Shown here: positions 26,020-36,296 of the stretch, piece after piece
How the letters are laid out: each line of letters opens with the position of its first letter
Numbering within the stretch: position 1 is the stretch's first letter
DNA from: Nemertoderma westbladi
Taxonomy: Eukaryota; Animalia; Xenacoelomorpha
Direction: 5' to 3'
NCBI GenBank assembly: GCA_032718475.1
Contig: JAUCBJ010006842.1
Location: forward strand, 248,001 to 312,000
DNA: 64,000 nt
Notes under the pieces: model-generated
Seen by the model: the letters and a program-made list of their open reading frames with translations, nothing else
Told to the model about the DNA's origin: nothing
Databases searched by the model: none
Translations under genes and position numbers: made by a program

Positions 26020-27540
26020 TTTTCACTAAACTTGTTACATGATCGATAAAGAAAATACACCAATCATGGGAAATGAACAGGTTACAGTGGCGGTGTTTTC
26101 TAACCATAACAATAAACGATACTCAATAAAACTATGGTGATATATGGTCGATACAAAAAAATACTCCATGAGACATATTCACTCCATGAGCCTGCCAAAG
26201 TACAAGATTATGCACTGGCTGGTCCTCACGGCGAAAGCAATGTCCTGCAAAGCGGAGGCGATTTTGTTCTAGCGTCAAGCTTGGGGGAACCAATGAGACA
26301 CCTCCAATGTTATATAGTGTCTGGTTGGAGATGTGTGCATTGTACTTGACACAATGAACCCGGCGTAGCATTCTTGTGAATGTGCCATCCAGAGATTTGG
26401 TGTCCTCAGCAGTTAGAGCCCAGCATGGACTCCCATAGAGGAGTACTGGAACTACTGCTGCTCTAAATAATCGGACCTTAAGTTTCCGATTAATTCTCGG
26501 TGACTTCCAAAGCCTGGAAAGCCTATTCAAAGCTGCCCATGCCTTTCCGAATTCGAATTACGTATTCGAAGGTCCTCACCTGTCTTCCGGATCCATGATC
26601 CCAGGTAACAGAAGTCGTCCACATGCTCAAGCATGCCATCCTTTGAGCTTATGCTCATCCGATCAGAGACTTGCTGAGGACTTTCAAAGTTAACTGTCAA
26701 AATTTCAACTAATCAAAACAATAAACGGTGCTCAATAAAACTATGGTGATATATGGTCGATACAAAAAAATACACCAATCATGGGAAAGAAACAGGTTGC
26801 AGTGCTGGTGTTTTCTAACCAATACAATTAACGAAACTCATAAAATTGCTTACATGGTCAGTACACAAAATACACCAATCATGACAAAGGAACAGGTTTC
26901 AGCGACGGTGTTTTCTAATCAAAACACTAAACGATGCTCAATAAAATTTGTTACATGATCGATACAGAAAAAACAACACTCATTGGAAAGAAACAGGTTA
27001 CAGCGACAATGTTTTTTAATTTTTAACCAAAACAATAAATGATACTTAATAAAACTGGTTATATGGTCGCTACAGAAAATAAACCAGTAATGGGAATGGA
27101 ACAGATTACAGTGTGGTGTTAATAAAACTTGTTACATGATTGATACAGAAAATACACCAATCGTTGGAAAGAAACAGGTTACAGTGGCGGTGTTTTCTTA
27201 CTAAAACAATAAACAATACTCCATAAAATTATCGGGATTTTGTCGATACACAAAATACGCCAATCTGGGAAGGAAACAGGTTGCAGTGCCGGTGTTTTCT
27301 AACCAAAACAATAAACGATAAAACTGGTTGCATGGTCGATACAGGCAATAACGCAATCATAGCTAGCAGTATTTCCTAACCAAAACAATAAACGATTGAC
27401 TTGGTTAAATTGTCGATTTAAAAAAATGCACCAATCATGGGAAAGGAACAGGTTACAGTGCAGGCGATTTCTAACCAAAACAATAAACTAAACTCATTAC
27501 AACATATAAACCAATCATCGAAAGGAAACGGGTCTAACCA
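26020..27540. repeat. Diverged ~100-bp tandem satellite, about 10 units, interrupted by an RTE fragment
   Basis: Recurring AAAATACACCAATCATGGGAAAGAAACAGGTTACAGTGGCGGTGTTTTCTAACCAAAACAATAAACG. Confidence 0.9.
26177..26704 (-). mobile_element. RTE family 1 internal fragment lacking both ends
   Basis: Near-identical to ~9295-9803. Stops at ...HGVN, before the element's 3' end. Confidence 0.9.
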
Positions 27541-28300
27541 GCATAAGCTAACAACATGTGTTATTTTAATTATTATTTATATGTTCTTTCGTTTATTTGT
27601 TTTGGTTACTTCCACCTGTCTCCGTAATATGCTCTTTTACTAACCTGCCTCCAAACCCTCACCCGGCAATTACTATTGAAGTGTTTGTTGTTCTATCTAT
27701 TTTTTTCGTTTAGAAGGAGCTCTACCACTACCATATGACCCCCACCCTCATTGCAAAATATTACTGAGGCTGCACAATGTTAGATATGCCACACATGTGC
27801 ATTTTTGTGCTCTATGGTTATTGGTGGAACCTCACAGACAAAAATTCAGCTCTACCCTGCAGTTCCACTGCTTAAAGCTAGACGATCACTGCTATCTGCA
27901 AGCATTGTGATATGGCAAATTCCTCGCTTGAACAGTATGCCTATCAATCAGTAAATTTCCTATACTGTCTGCACTCTCCAGGATATGAGAACAAGACCGA
28001 ACTAGGAAGGCTCTGGTCTGTCGCCATTGCTCCATTGTGAAAGCCGATTTTGAATGTATGAGTAATACTGAAAATAAAAACAACTCTTCCAATCCCAAAT
28101 AAAACTAATTCAATTCTATGCTTATGGCGATACTGTTAAGGACACAATGCATCAGTTCAACATCAGCAGCAATAAGATCCTTGAATACGGAATAATACTA
28201 TTACATCGCAATGTAAAATAATATTATTATTATATTTTTCTCGCAATTGTTAGTTGTTTATTTACATTATTTATATTCACTTCCAATAAATATTATAAGA

Positions 28301-29269
28301 ATGATTAATGATACCGAAATACTCCCAGTAACACAAAATTTCATGGAACTGATAAAAATAATTACATCGATACTTCCCATACTGACTGTATTCATAAACT
28401 GCCTTATACTGGTTAGCTACCTTACTAACCGCTTTATCCGCAGCAACCAATCCAATGTACTGATTGCGAACTGTGCTGTGGCTGGACTACTAGAAGGTGC
28501 TATTGTATTAACATCGCACACATTAATGCAGATTATAGATTCAAGTTTAGACTTTATGTACTATTATATTATATATACAACCATACTTGAGTTGGACAAT
28601 CTAATATATATAGTTCATCTGGTAAGTCTGGTGGCATTCTCTGTTGAAAGATACATATATATCACACATCCTTTTACATACAACGAATTTGTTACTAAGT
28701 CCTTACTGCGACGTTTGATTGTTGGTATTTGGTTGTTCTGTCTCGTTTACATATGCATCAAGGTGTTAGTGGTTAATTTGAATTTAGTAGGATCGGGTGA
28801 TTCTTCTGATGCTATAAAAAATAATTTTATTATGACCTACGATATTATTAGCATGGTAGTTTGGACATCAGTTGCCGCAATTTGTCTCTTTGTAGCAAAT
28901 ATTGCAATAGTCAGGATAGTTATTCATCATATATGGCGCATTCGAGAACATCCGGTTGTGTGCGAAGCAGATAATCACTTCAAATCGTCTACAATCAGTG
29001 GAATAATTAATATGATATTTCTAAGCGTATCAACCCTGTTGTTATGGGCACCGCACCATAGTTTCCAGTTGTTTTATTTAATTAATGGCTATGATAGGAA
29101 GGCACGCATCATACTGAGTTACTCGCGTGTAATTGGATACACAAATTACCTTATGATAGCAATCATATGCATCCGAGATGCTGGATTTCGAGCAACATGT
29201 ACTAATATATTGAAGTGCTATTGTGTTTGTAAAGCCAACCGTGAACCAATATACCGTAGGAAGTCATGA
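28301..29269 (+). CDS. Intronless rhodopsin-like (class A) GPCR, orphan/chemoreceptor-like, ~322 aa
   Basis: Seven hydrophobic segments. N-terminal NDT sequon, TM1 N (FINCL), TM2 IANCAVAGLL, TM3 SVERYIYITHPFTY, TM4 W, TM6 LLWAP, helix 8 FR and a C-terminal Cys cluster. First ATG at 28301; the ORF track starts at a TTG at 28247. Confidence 0.9.
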   Translation: MINDTEILPVTQNFMELIKIITSILPILTVFINCLILVSYLTNRFIRSNQSNVLIANCAVAGLLEGAIVLTSHTLMQIIDSSLDFMYYYIIYTTILELDNLIYIVHLVSLVAFSVERYIYITHPFTYNEFVTKSLLRRLIVGIWLFCLVYICIKVLVVNLNLVGSGDSSDAIKNNFIMTYDIISMVVWTSVAAICLFVANIAIVRIVIHHIWRIREHPVVCEADNHFKSSTISGIINMIFLSVSTLLLWAPHHSFQLFYLINGYDRKARIILSYSRVIGYTNYLMIAIICIRDAGFRATCTNILKCYCVCKANREPIYRRKS

Positions 29270-29901
29270 TTATTATAACATTGCTATACTTTTATTATAA
29301 TTTAATGATTGTAGGCAATATAATAACAGAGACATTATTTATCAATTTGATTGGAAAATAATTATTTGGGTGTTTAGGTGTTAAAACAGGGAAGATATTA
29401 AATATGATTTTAAAGGGGAACCCAACCAACAACGCTGACGCGTACAAATTATAAAGTAGATAAAATATTATATTTGGAAGGTGCATCCAATCTCTATGTG
29501 AGGACGGAGGTCATTAGTTGGCATTGTAATTTTGATGTTATTTAATATTTATTTTTATAAATAAATCATTATAAAATGTATTACAATGTTATTAATATTT
29601 TTTATAGATATTAAAATGTTCTCACATTAAGGTATAATGCAACCATTTCAATTACAGATGTGGCCTTTTCCTTTCAAATGACTGTTACAATGTCAAGTAT
29701 TACATACCGTTTAAGGGTTTAACGTATCTTAATCAAGATGTTAATGAAGTCATTGAGATATTATAATATTATTGGTGTTGAAGGTCGACGACACCCGCTG
29801 GTGAAGTTAAAATATATCTATGTGGATACGATCAAATTAACAGGGACTTGAAGCAGGGTCATCTCAATAGGAACTTTAATTTTGTCCGTATGTAACCTGT
29901 C

Positions 29902-30079
29902 ACACTGTAACCTGTTCCTTTCCCTCAATTAATAAATATCATTAATTAGCTTTATTAATGTTTGTCGGCGTTGTGTTGGTGTAAACGCTTCACCGACAAC
30001 CGACAACCAACGCCGACAAACATTAATAAAGCTAATTAATGATATTTATTAATTGAGGGAAAGGAACAGGTTACAGTGT
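29902..30079. repeat. Perfect inverted repeat with 72-bp arms and a 34-nt loop
   Basis: 29902-29973 is the exact reverse complement of 30008-30079. Overlaps a small MITE-like unit (GGTGTAAACGCT...AGCGTTTACACC, ~29978-30189). Confidence 0.9.
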
Positions 30080-30189
30080 TAGGTTATTCTAACCTAAACA
30101 ATAAACGATAATCACGAACTCAGGTTACATTTTCATATTTGCTGTTGTCGGCCGTGTTGACTGTCGGTTGTCAGCGTAGCGTTTACACC

Positions 30190-30415
30190 CGTATATAATC
30201 CCTCATATAAAAGTACATTTTCACTGGTTCGAAAGAATTTGTCTTCAAGAGACGGGAGAAGTCTGATTTCAAGATGGTATCCATTTTTGATGAACAACCC
30301 ATGCCTATCAAAGATAATGTCTGTGTGACTTGTTGTTGCAGGATATCTGCAGCTTTTTTTTTCTTGTAGTGTGAATCCAAGATCATCCGTGGCCATCCTC
30401 GTTGCGTAATCCAAT
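30190..30415 (-). mobile_element. RTE family 2 decayed fragment
   Basis: DYATRMA..DLGFTLQE...RYPATT and SKMDTILKSD match 18226-18720. Confidence 0.8.
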
Positions 30416-31759
30416 GTGAAACGATATATGGACGATGTTATGCAGAAGTAATAACCCTACATTTTATGGAGTTTCAAGTTATTTCAATTACTACAGGTAG
30501 TTCAAAATTCATATCGAAATTCACCTTCGGAATTGTAGAATTGTAGGAGATAGCTGACAGCCTGATAGCTGACAAAGTGTAACACACATGTATGAAATCA
30601 GACCCTCATTATTATACATTAATGAGTAATAAAGTAAGCCCCCATCATGCCCCTTGCATTTCGTAGAAATGCAGTAAGCCCAATATTAGCATTATCTGCT
30701 ATCAGCCGAATGCCCTAGGAGCTTAACTTACCCCAAGCTAGAGAAGCAAACAGTATTGTAGGGTAAATATAATAAATAATAATATCAGACAGTAGTCATT
30801 CAGCATTATCCCTCTTTTCCACAAAGTAATACATTTTTGTCATATTATATTTTATAAAAAATTATGTGTCAATTGTGCCTCATCTACTGTAGTATATGTT
30901 ACTCCTGCTTTCTGTACCGGACTGAAAGCAGGAGTAATATATTCATCGATTAGTCATGAAATTTATTACTAGGGAAGATTCCCTGGGAAATGGGTTTCTT
31001 TTGGGGGCACTAATTCGCAGAGGGACTTCTAATTTTTTTGTGGTGTGTAACTTTCACATGAGTTGTGCTGTGTAACATATGTAGGTAATTATTGGTTGAG
31101 CAATTAATTTCTATTTCTTTTTATAATTTCTTTTAAGGCTTGATTTGCACCAACTGACATTGTATATTGAGATGATGAGGGACCCCTGCCCCCATAATCA
31201 AGGATTATCAACCAGGCCAAGCCACCCATTGGAAACCACATTATTATCGTATGTTTTATCTGTGTGGGGTAGGTCTGCTTGTGCATACCATGAAAAATGA
31301 TGTTCAACATAAGTCCCATATGTGCACACCCAATTATCGTGTCACATTGTCACGTGTCACGTGACACATTCAGAAAAAACAAAAATAGTTAGTTCAATAG
31401 TTGATAATTATAAAATACTAGTCACTAGTAGAATGATTTTCAGGATTAAGCTATCATGTTCTAGAATGGTAATCAATTAAAAATAATTACCCACAATGCT
31501 TAAAAGTGTAAACATAAGAGTACTACTAGTTCCACTGTAGCTAATATAATTATTGATGATGTAATGAAAAAATTTTCTTTAGGTGACTATACAGTACACA
31601 CTAAATAAATATAGACGAAGTGGGGCATTCGCGCAGCACGTGACATAAAGTGTAACGTGTATAAAGTATCAACTCGAAAGAATTATAAGCAAAATCTAAG
31701 CAGATGTCCCATAATCAATTTACTGCCTATGCCTTTGCCAGAAATATTTCAGATATTTC

Positions 31760-32430
31760 TGAAATGTTTTCATTTCAGCCCACAAGCGGTGGACTGGAGA
31801 ATTACCGAGGGATTACTGTCCCAATAATGATGCAGCCTATGATAGTTTATGGTTTAGCATGTATAACTGCCAAGTTTAATTATGAATGGATAACAAATAA
31901 CAACATCATTTTGGACAACAAATAACAAAATGAGGAGAGAACGTTTTCACTTTCAGATATTTCGACCTCTAGCGGCAAACTGTTGAAGTGTAGATGGAGT
32001 ACCGTCACCGTCCCACAAAGAAGCAGTCAGTTTTATAGTACATAATACACATGCCAAGTTTGCACATGCCACAGTGGAAACAGTGGAAGTTTCTCACTTT
32101 CGGACATTTCACCCTCTAGTGACAGAATGGAGAACTAAGGACCGATCACCTTCTTCACAAAGATGCAACATGTGGTATAAGTACATGTATGCCAAGATTT
32201 AGCATAAACGAATTAAAATCACGGCAATGTGAGAAGGTTTTCACCTTCAGACATTTCGCCCTCTAGCGGCAGACTGGATAACTGCAGATGAATCATTTTA
32301 CTCAAAAATATACAGCATATGGTCTGGTACATATATTCCAAGATTCAGCCTAAAACAGATTAAGATCAAGGAAATGGGGAAGGCTATCACTTGCATACAT
32401 TTTGACCTCTAGCGGCAGACTGGCGAACTG
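31760..32430. repeat. Diverged ~145-170-bp tandem repeat (5 units), each with TTTCG(A/C)CCTCTAGCGGCAGACTG
   Basis: Motif recurs at ~31775, 31960, 32110, 32255 and 32400. Confidence 0.75.
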
Positions 32431-32623
32431 CAGACCCCACAAAGACGACGACAACGATGACAACTGAAACAAACGCGGTTAGCTATTGACTAGACCCTTC
32501 CTAATAGTGAAAACGGTTTTCAAAAATAGTGAGAAGATTTTTTTCCTAGGAGAATTAGCCCGGGGACACATTTTTCGGGGGTGAGGGGGAGATATTTTCC
32601 TGTTACACCAGTTTTGTTTACTC

Positions 32624-32799
32624 TGTAACTGTGTTTAATATGTACCTACGATGTACAGAAGTATGTAGCGTTCTGATGGGAAGGACTACTGATTTACGAT
32701 ATACGAATACATCATTGGTTAAACCAATATATATGATATAGAATATTGAGTATTATGTTGTCACATTCAGTGTTTTACATTTGGTAGCAGAGCGTGGTT
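32624..32799 (+). mobile_element. Orphan short 5' LTR (TGT...ACA, ~156 bp) with a tRNA-iMet primer-binding site, from a second LTR family
   Basis: ...TTTTACA (32779) is followed by TT and TGGTAGCAGAGCGTGGTT (32782-32799), complementary to the 3' end of initiator Met tRNA. The LTR start is tentative. Confidence 0.6.
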
Positions 32800-32895
32800 G
32801 TCAGCAATACAACAATAAGATCTTTGGGGGAACAATGATAAACAGCTGCAATTACTTGTAAATGCTGCAAACATTATTTACTCATCATAATATTA

Positions 32896-33510
32896 GTGGA
32901 GGGCCATTATTTGACATTATTTGCAGACGATGTAAAATTATATGCTCCTACCATCAGTAACCATTTATTGGCGTCAGCGCTCAAATCACTCGGAAAATGG
33001 GCACACAATTGGCAATTGAAGGTAGCAACTCATAAATGTACAGCTATTCATATTGGTGCTAATAACATAAAGACTAGTTATACACATAACGGAATTACAG
33101 TTTGTTCAAACCTTAAATTTGATAAATATTGTAAAGACCAGTCTGCAAAGGCTTATAAGTTAATTAACATGATTTTTCGGTGATTTTATACTTGTATCTT
33201 AAAAGCATTCTTACTGGCGTACAAATCGTATATTAGATCTTTACTTGAGTGAGTATTGCACACCCATCCTTACCAGGTAGGTAGTGTTGGGTACAAGTCT
33301 AGTAGATAGTGTTGATCTAATTGAAAGGATACAAAGATTCTTCACTAGAAGGCTATTTGCACGATGCTCTATACGAAATAATGTTACATATTTACACCGC
33401 TTTTCCTATCTCAAGCTGCAACCTCTCCAAGTCCGACGACGAGTTCTCTGTGATCTAAAAATTGTATATTCGATAGAGAGAAAATTAATGGACCTAAATT
33501 ACGAATTACT
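32896..33510 (+). mobile_element. CR1-type LINE RT 3' fragment
   Basis: LFADDVKLY...W..WQL...KC..IHIG; RSLLE; IERIQRFFTRRL. Confidence 0.8.
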
Positions 33511-33889
33511 AAATTTCGTTGAAAAATAGTTGAGATGTGAGCGTTCAAATGTTGCCTGGTTTTGCAAAGACGTGAGGCTATTTTATTCTATTAATAAATA
33601 AACCATATTCTGGAACATTTTTTTTAATGTATGAAGTGCTACGTCATAGTATGATTAAAGATGTAATGCATTGTTGCTCAGCTACTTATTTGGATAAACA
33701 AAATATTCCAGATTATGATGCATTTATATTTATAGAATAAAATAGCCTCGCGCATTTGGATAACCATGCAACATTTGAACGCCCATATCTCAGCTATTTT
33801 TCAACGAAATTCAAATTGTGTTACATATTTGGAATCCTTGCAAGGCCAGCTTTCAATTGGTACCAATAAACAGCTATAAGGTAGAAGAA

Positions 33890-34356
33890 TGTGGTGATCA
33901 GCAGCAAGGACATACAAAATATGAAACACAACAATATCAAATTACAAAAAACGTTATAAATAATATAACACCATCTAGGGAAGTTTACAGGAAACAACAA
34001 AATTGCGCTAGAATAATCCTGACCGCTGATTGGAGGATAACAAAGAGGGATAGATAGGTAGGATAATACCGGTAAATAAGGAATATATCAAGATATGGTC
34101 AGTACAATACAGTACCTACAGTAGTAGTTTAGATTCGTGTTTCTTTTTGGATGTCTGACATCTGACTGTCTGACGTATGTACAGATGTATTTCAGTATTT
34201 TGATTTATCTGTTTTGATTAGATGAACTAACAAACTATAATCGTTTTAGCCAGCCTGCCAGTTAACGGCAGATTTTCTTCAGGGAAACCAGAAAAACTAA
34301 GTGGTAGATTGCCACGGAACCCAGGTTCGACCTTATCCTGTTATCCAGCTTCCACA
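33890..34356 (+). repeat. Gypsy 5' LTR (467 bp)
   Basis: Differs from the 3' LTR by 4 substitutions and one 2-bp indel (hand comparison). Confidence 0.97.
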
Positions 34357-34358
34357 TT

Positions 34359-34375
34359 TGGGGGCTTGTCCGGGA
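34359..34375 (+). promoter_or_regulatory. Primer-binding site, tRNA-Pro
   Basis: TGGGGGCTTGTCCGGGA, 2 nt after the LTR. One mismatch to the canonical Pro PBS TGGGGGCTCGTCCGGGA. Confidence 0.9.
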
Positions 34376-34542
34376 GGATTTTTTTTCTTCCTGGTTGCTG
34401 CTGCTGGTTATAGACTTGTTACTTGTTACTTGTACCGTCAGACTGTTGGGCGTAGATAATCGATTGTTGGTTATCGGTAAACTGGCTGACTTTGGACTTG
34501 TACCGGTAATATCAAGCATTCAGACAGTCAGCGAGTCAGGGT

Positions 34543-36296
34543 ATGACAGACGTTTTTGGATTCGAGAACGATAGCGATAGTACCGGTAGTAGATGCGGAG
34601 GGTCTGACCAAACGCAAATAGCCGTCGGTCCAAGAGAAGAATCAAGTTGGACGGACATAAACTTAAATAGTCCGGCGGTTGTCGTTCCTGGTTCCGGTTG
34701 CGACCGTCCTAGATATTCTGAAACGCAGTCTCACAGTAGGAATCGGTTTCCTGCAGTACCGGTACCAGGAGAAGGGGACGATTACATACATCCTAATAGA
34801 GAGCAGCAAGGTACTGATACCTGTATACAGCTTGAATGCGACGCACCGATAATGGCGGATATCAGGAAGGAACCGGAAATATTCGATGGGCGTGGAGATG
34901 TTGATTCCTGGGTTAGTGCATTACAGCGATTGGGACGTCTTCGAAGATGGAATTACGTGATGATGGGAAGGGTTGCTTCCATTTATGTGTCAGGTACCGC
35001 GGCTCGCGTAATAGAAGAATTACCTACTGAACAACAAGTCGATTTTGATAGCGTAGTAGCCGCTCTGCGAGCTAGATTTAGGCCTTTACCCCCCGAGGTT
35101 ATATGTAGTAAGCTGTTAGATTGTAGGCTTGGAATAAATGAAACTATAGAGGAGTATGTAGATAAACTCCAGAAATGGGGACAGCAAGCCTGGGTAGATA
35201 TGAATGGTGCGCAACGAGATCGGTTATTACTTACAGTTTTTTACAGAGGCATACCCTCTGATTTGGCTTTTAGGATTAGAAACAGCCATCCGCAATCGTT
35301 TGACGAGGCTTTACGTATGGCGCGTAATGAAGAAATTTATTTAGCGGAGGCGAACCATATAAATTACGGAGATCAAGCTGGACATACTGATCGAAATACC
35401 GGCATTGATTCTAATAGGCCAAAGCATACCTTTTTGCAGGAAAGTGGTGTACATGGATATGTAAACAATACGGCGAGTTTTAATAGAAATTCTACTGTAC
35501 CGAGTAGACCAGTTACCGTTGATCCAAAAATAAATAAATTAGAATGTGAGATACAAGAATTACGGAAACAAATTTCCGGTATGCAGTGCCAGCCAGCTCC
35601 TGTACGTCCGTTTACTGCATGGAATAAGAGTAGAACAGATTCTGGTCCAAACCATTCTGAAAGGAGTAGTGATACATTAGCCTACAGTAGTGGTAGACCT
35701 GTAGATAGCCCTTATTTGACTGAGCCAAGTAGGTCAATTATTCAAAGTGAACATTTTCAGGGAAGTAATAATATGACACCCCGTAGGAATGTAACATGTT
35801 TTAACTGCAATGAATTTGGCCATTACAGTACCCAATGTCCCCAGCCGTTTGCTTCCCATAATGTTCAGCTACGGAGAGATATTGTTTGTTTTAATTTTAA
35901 TTGTAACGAGTCTGGACATTACAGTACCCATTGCCCAAGATCTCAAACATCCCGATTTAATAGATCGAGTGACGATGTGAGACGTACTTATCCATACAGA
36001 CCGAGACCTTCCCCACTTAGTACTGGTAGCAATATGTGTCAGCCATCCCAATATGTGCCACACCCTACTCCACCGCCCAGTAGGTTTAGTACGGATGCTG
36101 GTACACCGGCTTCGAGTTTTGAAAATAATCACATACGGTATACAACGCATACGAATCGCGATTGGTACATACCTATACATATAGGACGTACAAAGATGGT
36201 TGGTTTGGTAGATAGCGGTTCAGATTTTACTATAATGGATATACGTAAATTACCAAAGGATTGTGAACTGGGAGCCAGTAGTATACCATCTATTAA
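34543..36296 (+). CDS. gag: Gypsy Gag (capsid, two zinc knuckles) and protease N-half, cut by a LINE insertion
   Basis: PEIFDG capsid motif, CFNCNEFGHYSTQC, a second knuckle with a 6-bp duplication (CFNFNC), and protease motif LVDSGS. Confidence 0.92.

Noticed and set aside
26020-27540. Regularly spaced repeats as a CRISPR-like array
   Set aside because: The whole unit repeats with diffuse divergence, with no unique spacers, no cas genes, and a eukaryotic context.
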